DNA from: Histomonas meleagridis 2922-C6/04-290x
Taxonomy: Eukaryota; Protista; Parabasalia
DNA: 64,000 nt
Reading direction: 5' to 3'
NCBI GenBank assembly: GCA_020184695.1
Contig: JAANOX010000146.1
Location: 1-64,000 of the forward strand
In this document: positions 1 to 10,797 of the stretch, piece after piece
Layout of the letters: each line of letters starts with the position of its first letter
Position numbering within the stretch: position 1 is the first letter of the stretch
Made by a program: the position numbers and the translations under genes
Notes under the pieces: model-generated
What the model saw: only the letters and a program-made list of their open reading frames with translations
Told to the model about the DNA's origin: nothing
The model's database searches: none

Positions 1-2
1 AG

Positions 3-740
3 CCAATTAAGGATAACACGCCATCCTTCGCCAGAGCTGACGTTACCACAAAATCTCCAACTAGGACAACAACGCATGCAGTTAAACCAATGAGTGATTC
101 TGAAAGAATGAGAAAACCAATCAAAGATCATACTCCATCATTTGGAAGAGAAGGTGTACAGTCAAAGCGAACCACAACTACTACCACATCTCCTGTTAAG
201 CATGAAACTGATTCCGAAAGAATGAGAAAACCAATTAAAGATCATACACCATCATTTGGACGAGAAGGTGTTCAATCAAAACGTACAACAACCACAACAA
301 CATCACCTGTTAAGCATGAGACTGATGCAGAAAGAATGAGAAAGCCAATTAAAGATCATACACCATCATTTGGACGAGAAGGCGTACAGTCAAAGAGAAC
401 CACAACAACTACAACATCTCCTGTTAAACATGAAACTGATTCCGAAAGAATGAGAAAACCAATTAAAGATCATACACCATCATTCGGAAGAGAAGGTGTT
501 CAATCAAAGCGAACAACGACAACTACTACAACATCGCCAGTTAAACATGAAACCGATTCAGAAAGAATGAGAAAGCCAATTAAAGATCATACACCATCAT
601 TTGGACGAGAAGGAGTTCAGTCAAAGCGCACAACAACAACAACAACCACGTCACCCCATAAAAGGCAATCTGATTCTGATAAAATGAGAAAGCCAATTGC
701 GAATGCAGCACCTAGCTTTGCAAGAAAGGATCTTAAATAA
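3..740 (+). CDS. Tandem-repeat basic, Thr-rich protein (5'-truncated by the window edge)
   Basis: The frame is open from base 3 (PIKDNTPSFARAD...) into the listed ORF 90-740. It carries repeated ETDSERMRKPIKDHTPSFGREGVQSKRTTTTTTSPVKH units. Confidence 0.8.
   Translation, partial: PIKDNTPSFARADVTTKSPTRTTTHAVKPMSDSERMRKPIKDHTPSFGREGVQSKRTTTTTTSPVKHETDSERMRKPIKDHTPSFGREGVQSKRTTTTTTSPVKHETDAERMRKPIKDHTPSFGREGVQSKRTTTTTTSPVKHETDSERMRKPIKDHTPSFGREGVQSKRTTTTTTTSPVKHETDSERMRKPIKDHTPSFGREGVQSKRTTTTTTTSPHKRQSDSDKMRKPIANAAPSFARKDLK
102..720 (+). repeat. Coding tandem repeat, 114-117 nt unit, ~5.3 copies
   Basis: Unit starts at 102, 216, 330, 444, 561 and 678. Copies differ by synonymous changes and by a Thr run of 6 or 7. 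Confidence 0.9.
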
Positions 741-954
741 GCAGAGATATTACTCAGAAGTATTCTGGGAGTCAACTAAACTGATTCTGAACAATTTTCA
801 ATTTTGATTTTTTTCAAATTTTTTTTTTATCATACGCCTTTAAGTGTAATTAAAGGAATTTGCTGTTAGTTTTAATACTTATTTGATGAATTTCTTTTAA
901 TACGATTTTCCATTTCTTTTTTGTATTATAATGAATTTGACATACTTTGTTTAG

Positions 955-2028
955 ATGGCGGATTTGTTTGATGAGTCTCCCTCAGAACCAACAACTTTGT
1001 TCGGGGCAATGTCATCACTTAGGCAAAAAAAGAACGAACCAAAAAAAGAAGAAAATGTTTTGCCACCAATTCCACAAGATAATATTCCAAAAGAAAATTC
1101 TCCACCACCAACACCAGAACCACAGCCAACTCCAGAAACACCTCCTAGTAATAACCAAGAAGTTTCTCCAAAAGCAAGCAAACCAAAAACGAAATCTTCT
1201 CCAAAAATCAAAAAAGTTGTTATACAAAAAAATACACAAAAACCAAAAGACAATGTTAGAAGATCAATAGCGCATCTACAGCAAAATCTTAATCGAAGAT
1301 TTGATGAACTATTCCAAATAATCAATAAATTAACTCCAACTGAAATGCCGCAAGGTGCTGTTCTCACCAACGACAATATTATGCGACAGATTCAATCAGC
1401 TGTTGATGACTCCAAAAAGAAAGATCAAATTCTCATACAAAAGCAGGAACAAATTGACCAAATGACAGACACATTATCTGAGCACGAAGAAAGAACACAA
1501 CTTAGGAAAAGGATTTCTTCCATATCAGAAGATATTGCAGCAGAGGCTGCACGATTTACAGATGCTCAAGCAGAACTTGACTTTTTATCACAGCAGATTG
1601 AACGCGCCAAGAGCGAACTTGCATTGTTGACAACGCGAACAACACAAAATGAAACACGAATGAAATCACAATATGAAAAGGAAATCAGCAAGTTCAAGTC
1701 AGATGTCGAACAATTAAAAAATGATTCCGAAAAAGCAATTACGACATCAAAAGAGACATCAAATTTGATGAACAAGAAAATTGTAGAGTTAAGAAAAGAA
1801 AACGATAGATTGAAAAAGTCGGAACCGAAAGTCACTGAAGAAGAAATCGATGATTTCCAGGATCAAATCAAAGAGAAACTGAAGGAAATAGTTGGAGCTA
1901 TTGCTAAAGGGACTTACGCTTTGATAGAAAAGAAAATCGATTCTGAAGAAAAATATTCTGGTACATTTGTGCAGGATACAATGAAAGAAGCGCTACAAGA
2001 AGAAGCTAGCAACGTAATCGATAGTTGA
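955..2028 (+). CDS. Coiled-coil protein with Pro-rich N-terminus; weak resemblance to the C-terminal region of FKBP15/WAFL-like proteins
   Basis: 357-aa ORF with a PPPTPEPQPTP segment, a long heptad region and a C-terminal I...Y..I...EEKYSG..V motif. The family resemblance is from memory only. Confidence 0.6.
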   Translation: MADLFDESPSEPTTLFGAMSSLRQKKNEPKKEENVLPPIPQDNIPKENSPPPTPEPQPTPETPPSNNQEVSPKASKPKTKSSPKIKKVVIQKNTQKPKDNVRRSIAHLQQNLNRRFDELFQIINKLTPTEMPQGAVLTNDNIMRQIQSAVDDSKKKDQILIQKQEQIDQMTDTLSEHEERTQLRKRISSISEDIAAEAARFTDAQAELDFLSQQIERAKSELALLTTRTTQNETRMKSQYEKEISKFKSDVEQLKNDSEKAITTSKETSNLMNKKIVELRKENDRLKKSEPKVTEEEIDDFQDQIKEKLKEIVGAIAKGTYALIEKKIDSEEKYSGTFVQDTMKEALQEEASNVIDS

Positions 2029-2245
2029 TTTAGTGTTGATTCCGCATTTGATAGTTGATATTTAAAGTATTTTGAATATTTTTCTTTTCTTTAGTAAATA
2101 TTGAATTTTGTTTTGATTCGAATATACGAACATGTTCACAAAAAAGAAAATTATGTGATATTATAGATAAGATTGGAATTTACTTGCAAAAGCTATTGTA
2201 GTATTTGCTGGAGGATTAGATTATTAGATTATTGCAGAAAAAGTT

Positions 2246-3533
2246 TTGTTAATTAATTCATATGCATTTATTTATTGTATATCATTAAGAAACATTACAA
2301 TTCCAAAATCGGTAATTCTAATTGACTCAGGCATTTTTGAAGGATGCACAAATCTTTTATTTATTAATGTATCAAAAGAAAATGATTATTATGCAAATGA
2401 TGAAAATGGAATTCTTTATACTAAAAATTTTACAGCAATTCTTTGTTATCCATCAGGAATTTGTAATGAAACATATGAAATTCCAAATTCAATTAAAACT
2501 ATTTCAAGTTATGCATTTTCATATTGTTCATCGTTAATTTATATTCAAATTTCAGATAATGTTACATCGATTGAACATAATGCATTTCGATTTTGTACTT
2601 CATTAAAAAATATTTATATTCCAACATCAGTTATATTAATTGATAATTATGCATTTTCTTCATGTTATAATTTAGAAGAAATTCTTATTGAAGCAAATGT
2701 TGCAACGATTGGTTATTGTGCATTTCAAAATTGTTATAAACTCAAATGTATTTATTTTAGAGGTAATAAATCAATAAATATTGATGAAAATTCATTTGAT
2801 AATGTTACTGAACAATATGTTATTACGACAGCGTCATATGAAGGTACGACATTTGGTACATTTCGTGTAATGAAAGGAACGACTACTGATGAATGTAATG
2901 GATATCCGCTACCAACGAACACATTTACATCATCAAATACATTTTACATTATCAAACACATTTACACATTCGAATTCATTCACATTATCAAATTCATTTT
3001 CAAATTCGAATTCATTTACTAAATCAAATTCATTTTCTAATTCGAACACATTTATAATTTCAAATACTTCAAATATGAATGTAACATATTCATTAACTTT
3101 AACATATTCTTTGTTTTATAGTAATTCTTTAATAATTAATACATTTTTATCAAATACTTTAATATTTACATTAATTTCTTCAAGTTATAGTTATATTTAT
3201 TCAAAAGTTATTCATTATGAATATCAATATACGATTCATGAATATATTTCGATATATTATTCTTATAATAAATTTTATGCAATTGAACAAACAGAAACAC
3301 AAAAATGAGAAACAAGATAACATCGTTAGGAATGTTTGGCATTATCTGTGGCTCAATTGCAATTGCTCTTTTGATTGCGTGAAATTATTATAACATTAAT
3401 TCGAAGAAGTAAAATGCGAAACAATGTGAAAAGTTCAAATATGAATTTCACATCATCAGAAGAAGACAAATTTGAACCAGTTAACGAAGAAATACAAAAT
3501 AATATTTTATATGAAGTTGACAATTGGTTATAA
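2246..3533 (+). pseudogene. BspA-like LRR surface protein, 5'-truncated frameshifted copy of the gene at 14573-17554
   Basis: Near-identical to the reverse complement of ~14580-15818. It has indels near 2943, 3302-3312 and 3379 and lacks a signal peptide. Confidence 0.8.
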
Positions 3534-3865
3534 TTAATGTTAAAAATATTTTTATTTATTTATTTATTCATAAACAAATTATTTATTAAATTTTTTTTGT
3601 TAGAACTAAAAGTTCATTTTGTATATTTTCGTATTCATTCTTTTGTTCTTTTGATAAGAAAACTTCAGACGAATTTATGTTATTTTGTATTGTTTTCTTT
3701 TGTTAAAACCATTTCTCGTGTTGACATAAAATTCTTTTCTTCTAATTTCATATGAGTTTATATAATGATGACAACGCAATTTTATCCTTTTTTTGACATT
3801 TCCTTTGTGTTTTAATTTCGAATTCTTGTTCAAATCTTTTGAGAATTCGTTTGAGATCATTTTTC
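2285..3865. repeat. Inverted segmental duplication, partner at ~14232-15818
   Basis: The shared sequence spans the BspA 3' end, the intergenic DNA and the 3' end of the RhoGAP-like gene (e.g. gaattcttgttcaaatcttttgagaattcgtttgagatcattttt). Confidence 0.85.
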
Positions 3866-4013
3866 AGCATTTTAAGCCATTTTTTTTAAATTGACAATAC
3901 AACAAACCATGCAATTCACCGGAAAGTTTCCTAATAAACAGAATGAAATAAAAATAAATTAAAAAATTTTCATATCGATTAAAAAAAAATAATAAATTTA
4001 CATAAATATACAT

Positions 4014-6847
4014 TTACACGACATTATCAATAATAGAAATAGTCAAATGTGGCATATTCTCAAGTGATTCCTTTTCTTTCTTATTCTTTCTGTACAGCCA
4101 AAACAGCAAAACGATTACTGTCACCAAAACAAATACAATTGCTATTGCTCCTAAAATGATATTAAGAGTTTTATCATCATCTTCGTCTTTTTTAAATTTT
4201 GTAAAATTAGAACATTTTATTATTAAGTTATCATTGATTTGAATATTTATTCCTTTCCAATAACTTTCATTACAAATTGAACCATTGCAATCATTCGTAT
4301 AATTTACATATGACGCTTCATACGGTAAACAAATACTTAAATTATTTATTGTTGTTGTTGAAAATATATTCTCATTAAAACTTGAAGGTTGTTTACTTGG
4401 TAATACAATAATTTTAAGTTTTTTACAATTTTCAAATATTTTCGTTGAGTTCTCATTAACAATATCTAACTTTCGTAATATTAATAATTCCAAATTAATA
4501 CAACCTGAAAAATGTCCTTCTCCTTCTAATGTATCAACACTTTCAAACAATACATTTTTAATGAAATACAATCTTTAAAACAATATGAAGGAATTATATT
4601 AATTTTTTGTAATGAAACTTTAAATAAATTAATACAACCTAAAAATGAAAATTCACTAATTTTTGTTAATCTTGAAAAGTTAATCGATTTTAATGATGTA
4701 CAATATTGAAATGTATTTGTTCCATAAATTTCTCTTATTGATGGTAATTTAAGTGATTCAAGTGATGAACAATTTGCAAATTCATAACCTGAATTCAAAA
4801 AATCCATTGTATTAAACATTGGCATTTTAATATTTTTTAGGTTTTTACAATTATAAAATATATACTTTTGTGTTGTAGTTAATATTTGAAGTGATACAAA
4901 TTCAAGACTTTGCATATTCGAAAATAAATATGGCGGCGAATATTTTAATGAATTCATATATATTGCACTTAATGAATTACAATTTATTGCTATTGGTCCT
5001 TTTATAACTTCGATAACTGAATTTAAATATAATTCTTTTAATGAACAACAGTTATGGAATGAAGTATTTCCTATAGTTTTAACTTTTGGTAAAGTTATGT
5101 TGCTTAAATTAGAACAATTACAAACAAAATGACTATGTATTGATTCAAGTTCTGGGAAATAAATACTTTGAATCAGGTTACAAGTACATAATAATTCAGA
5201 CTTAAATTTCTTAAGTTTTGGTAATGAAACATTTATTAAATTACTACAATTATGAAAAGCAAATGATCCAATTTCAGAAAGATTTGGTAATGAAATATGT
5301 GTAACTTTATTACAATTATTTAAAAAATAATCTCCAATTGAAACAACATTTGGAAAATTAATAGTTTCAACAATATCAAATGCATTTGTAAATGCATTTG
5401 AACCAATATATTTCAAATTTATGAATTCAAAATTACTCATATTTATACTTGAAATAAAATAGTCATTTACACTTATTAAGTTTGGTAAATTAATTATTCT
5501 CAAATTAATACATCCTTCAAATGGTGAATTACCTATTATTTTAAGTCGAGGAAGTGTAATATTAATTAATTTTGGGTTATATGCAAATGAATAATCACTA
5601 CAGTTTTCAAGTAAAGGAAAACATAATTCTTGAATTGAAGAAAAATTACTAAATGCATAATCACCACATGATTTAAGATTTGGGAATGACAAATTTTCAT
5701 ATTTATAGTTCAATCTATAAAATACATTATTTCCAATATATTCGCAATATTCAAATGATAAAGTGTTTTCATCAATATCAGAAGTAGAAGGGGTCACTCC
5801 AGAAAACGCATAATCACCAATTTTCTTGATTTCATATTTACCAATATTTTTTATACTAATAGACGTATTTTCAAAAGCATGGTCTCCAATTGATTGAACA
5901 CTTTGAATCCTAATACCTAAATCTTTAAGATTAGCAAAAAAGTAATCTGGAATATGTGTCAAATTAGGCATTGAAATGTAATTTAACATAAAGCATTCTT
6001 TTATGAAACTACCACCAACATATTTAAGCAAAGGTAATTCAAGCCTTGTTAATCTGTAGCCATAATTAAATGCTCCTTTAGAAATGTTTTCAACTTCGGG
6101 TACGCTTATATTGCATAATTTAAAGCAATAAATGAATGCACACTCACCAATAGTTTTAACATGTGGTAAATAAGCAGTTTCCAGGCTTACACATGAAGCA
6201 AAAGAATATGCTGAAACTTCTTCTAACACTGGAAAACTTATTGACAAGATTTGGGAAAACTCAAACACACATGATCCACAGTATTTGAGCACGGGAAAAG
6301 TGACATTCTTTAGCATTGTGCAGTAATAAAATCCATTGTCTGAGATCACTGTAGCATTTTCAAGTGTAATTGCTTCAAGATTTGTACACATTTGGAAGGC
6401 AGATGCACCAACATAGTTTAAATTAGGAGCTTCGACTAAAATTAACTTTGTACATTTCGAAAATGTGTAAGATTCAAATCGTAAAACATTAGAAAAATTA
6501 ACATACGTTAACTCTTTGCAATGACTAAAACTTAAGCTTTGAGTGCTTTCGAATGCAGTGCCTATGGAAAGATTTACTACATACCACAAGTATTCTGACA
6601 TCTTAATTAAATCTTCTATTTTTATATTAACCCTGTTAGAAATTGATAAATAATTAATAGATAGAAACAGTAACGTGTCTAGGTCATCAAAAGTATACTC
6701 ACCACTGAGTATTTCTACATCTGTAAAATTTGTTTCAAAAATCAATTCCCAATACAATTGAGCCAGCGTATCTCCAGTTGCATGGATGTTTTTGCCCACA
6801 AGAATTTCAATAAATGAGTATGAAAGGCATGGAAGAAGGAAAATCAT
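4014..6847 (-). CDS. BspA-like (TpLRR/LRR_5) membrane protein, single frameshift at a homopolymer
   Basis: ORFs 4526-6847 and 4014-4571 join into ...CFKDCISLKNVLFESV... if one A is added to the A5 run (plus-strand T5 at 4555-4559). It has LxxIxLPxLxxIgxxaF repeats and a C-terminal TM (IILGAIAIVFVLVTVIVLLFWLY). Confidence 0.8.
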
Positions 6848-7358
6848 TCCGATGTTTTTTTCTCAATACAATTGGTTAAAAAAAATTTATGGATCATAGG
6901 AATTTCAAAGTGACGATAGTTTTTTTCTGTGCAAAACAGATTTCTGATTATTTGATTTGTCTATCGTTTGTCCATGGATTTTTGACAAAAACAGTATTGA
7001 AATTTCAAATAAAAATAACTTTTTGAAATAATAATGGCCAAATTTGGATGAAATTTGTTTGTCAAAAAAGTGGTTAAATCTGGGTTGATGCTATTTTTTT
7101 CAAAACGAATTGATAAAAGATCGTAACATTTGCATACATGAAAATGAAGCGATATAGATAATAAGATAATAAATATCGAATAACATTCGAAATAGTGTAG
7201 AAATTAATCTTTAACTTGCAAAAAAAAAAAGAATAATGTAATAGAATGTAAGAAATTTTTGGAATATGCAAACGATAGGATTTCTGAAGACTGTGTTGTA
7301 AATTTTCGTAAAGTATTTAAATAATTGTCAATATAAAATTTTAATAATCAATATAAAA

Positions 7359-8636
7359 ATGACTCTATGGTCTATATTGTTTATAAATGAAGCAATATGC
7401 GATGACACATTAGCATTATTAATTGCAGTATCATATATCAAGGTAATTTCTCATCTTATAATGTTAGAAAACTGGTTATTAGTTCAGGTGTTTTGATTAT
7501 TGATTCATATGCATTTTACGTCCAATTGGACGTCATTAAATGAAGTTAGCATTGGTGAATCAGTTGAAACGATTCGAAGTTATGGCTTTAGTTCATGTCC
7601 AAACTTAATTAGTTTTACATTTGCTAATGAAAACCATTTAGAAAGAATAGAAGATTATGCATTTAGCTCATGCTCTTCACTGAAAGGAATCGTTATACCT
7701 AATAAAATAACATCATTATCAGATCATTTATTTTCGTATTGTTCAAGTTTAACTAACTTTGAAATTTTAATTTCAATTGTCAACATCAGCTCATATTCAT
7801 TTTATTTTTGTTCTAATTTAGTACAAATTACTCTTCCTGATTCAGTTACTTTGCTTGGTGATTCATGTTTCAGCTTGTGCACGTCATTAAAACGTTTTAC
7901 ATTTGGTTCAAAACTTCAAACGATTCCAAGAAATTGTTTTTCATCATAGTGATTTGTCAGCATTCCATCGAACATTTATTCGATTGGAGAATATTCATTC
8001 TCGAAGTGCATAAATTTTCACACAGTTATTCTTGGCGAAGGAATTCGACAAATTCTATACAATGCATTTATGTTGTGTAACAACTTAAAATGTATTATAT
8101 ACAAAGGTAAAACAGAGCCAACAATTGTTAATGGCGCATTCGCCGGCGTAACATTTGACGTAGTCGTTGTTACAAGTTCATATCAAAGTTCAAAATTTGG
8201 AACATTTTCAACTAAACAAGGAAACACATGCAAGGATACACCAGAAGATGAAGATTCGAACACGGTATTCATTGTCTCTATTGTTGTTCCATTTATAAGT
8301 TTAACAATAATTATAATTTTGGTGATAATTAAATACCGTTTAATTAAGAAATATAACCCGCAAATAAAGACCACACGCGAACTCATGGAGCAAATGTCCA
8401 TTAGCGGAGGCGTACATCGTTATTCTCAACAAAATGTTAACAATTATACAATCAACAGAAATGCTGATGCTAAAAATGAGAAACAATCCGTCGTAATGCA
8501 AAATTTGTATCCGCAGACGAATGGAGAGGCTGAGGCAGTCGAGGCTGAACAAGGAAAAGCACAAAATGAATATGCCAATCCTTACGTATGTAAGAACGAA
8601 GGAATGCAGAATTTTAATCAATATTATCAAAAATAA
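7359..8636 (+). pseudogene. BspA-like LRR protein, degenerate
   Basis: LRR ORF 7500-7949 is followed by in-frame TAG TGA, and the frame then continues to the TM and tail in ORF 8070-8636. The 5' part is frameshifted. Confidence 0.75.
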
Positions 8637-9098
8637 TGTGCCTTTTTCATAAATAAATCGATTTCGCCTTCAGTTCTCAAAAATGCTTTTCATGAAAATA
8701 TATTTTTATTAACTAATGACAAAGAAAGTCTTTAAATGATATCATTACGATGAAAAATTTAATGTAATTTATTTATTGAATATAAAATTTGTTGATGAAA
8801 AAATCCCCTCAGCCAGTATAAAGAAATTACATAATATAAGTCCATCTGAATTACATAAAAAATTTAATTTCTCTAAAGTTGATATTATTAAAAATATCAA
8901 TGAAAAATTATAATTAAAATATGATTAAAATTAATGATTTAAATAAATATTTAGATAATCATAATAGAAAGATAGCTAAAAATAAATATAGTATAACCCA
9001 GATCGCACTCTGTGCAAGAGCCACTAAAGTGGCGATCATTATATGATATGCTTTAATATTTTTGTATAGTTTATATGAAATTATGAATTATTGCTTAC

Positions 9099-10106
9099 TT
9101 AAAATAGATTTAAAATAATACGAATATTATCAATTTGTCTGGAATTATCTGGAAGCGTGATATTTGTCAATGAAGTACATAATTCAAATGCATTGATTTG
9201 AATCGTTTCTACATTTTCTTCAATGATAATTGTTTTCAAATTAGAACATGAACAAAATGCATAAGAAGAAATATCATCAATTGAATTTTGAATTTCAAAT
9301 GTTTCATTAAGAATTCCTGATGGATAACAAATAATTCGTTTAACAAACCCATCATAAAGAATTCCATTATTATCATTTGCATGATTAGAATTTTGATTTG
9401 ATATTTGAATAAATGAAAGATTTGAACATTATATAAAAGCTCCAACTCCAATTGGATAAACTGATTTTGGAAGTGTAATATTTCGTAATGATATACAATG
9501 TTGAAATGCAAAACTATTAATTGTTCGTACATTTTCTCCAAGTTCAGTCATTTCTAATTTAGTACAAAATCCAAATAAATAATATTCAATTGTTTCAACT
9601 GAATATGGAATTATAATATTCGTTAATGATGAACATGAATAAAATGAATATTCACCAATTGTTGTTAAACTTGTCCCAAATTTGATACAATTTAATTTAA
9701 AACATGATTTAAATGATGATGTTCCAATAGATTTTAATGAATTACCAATTTGAACTTCCTCAAGATTTAAACATGATTCAAATGATGATTCTTGAATCGT
9801 GATGACTGAATCTTTAATTTCAATCGTTTTCAAAATATTCCATTTATAAAATCGTTTAATATCAATTTCTTCAATTCCTTCTTCAATAATAAGATGAAAT
9901 ATTTCGTTTTCATATTGATATATATTCATTAAATCTTCTGTATTATTAATTATATACGTATTTTTATATATTTCTGTTTCCTTCGATTTATGAAGAAATA
10001 TTATCAAAAATATTAAAATATTGATAAAATTATATTTTTCTTTATTTCTTGTTTTTAAATTCATTAAATATTTTCTTACTATAATTAAAATGATAATAAA
10101 TTTCAT
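9099..10106 (-). pseudogene. BspA-like N-terminal duplicate (partner ~16600-17640), truncated, with internal TAA
   Basis: Near-identical to the 5' part of the 14573-17554 gene. The frame continues past TAA 9429-9431 to ~9099 but has no stalk or TM. Confidence 0.75.
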
Positions 10107-10797
10107 GAAATTAAATAAAACATTTGGTTTGTTATCATTAAATATTGAAAGATAACTTATAATATGACTTGAATTCAAAAAAAAAAAAAAAAAATTATTA
10201 TCATTTAGATGAAAATGTGAATCGTAAATTAGAGAACACAATATATTCACATCAAATGAGAAATTAATCATTGAATATGTACCAGTGAATGATATATTTC
10301 TAAAAAGATTATAAATGCTACGATCATTCAGAAAAGATGCAAATATGTATACTTAACTAGTCCAGGTGAAACCAATCGATAACATTGATCGACACAGAAA
10401 AAAAGGCTCATTGTTTTTGACTGGTTTATAATTATTTCGTGAATTATCAGAAAAGTGTCAAAATTGGGGAGCAGAGCGAAACACAAACAATGAAAAAAAG
10501 GGAATTCCTGACAACACCATCAAGAAGCGACGCATGCTTTATATAGACCATTCAAAAATTGACTTCAATTATGTTCTGTTATAATATCGGCGGAAAATCT
10601 ATTTCACAGCCACAAAAATGATACAAACCCAGTGTCTTTGAACTTGTGCCAACTGGAGATTGGTTGGATGAATCCAAACTTGAGGTTCAACCAAGTTAAA
10701 TGTGTTGGTAACTTTATTTTATATGAAAAAGTGGAATTGGGGCGCCCTTATTATGAATTTCCTTCAAAACGTTTATAAACGTACATATTTTATTCAA

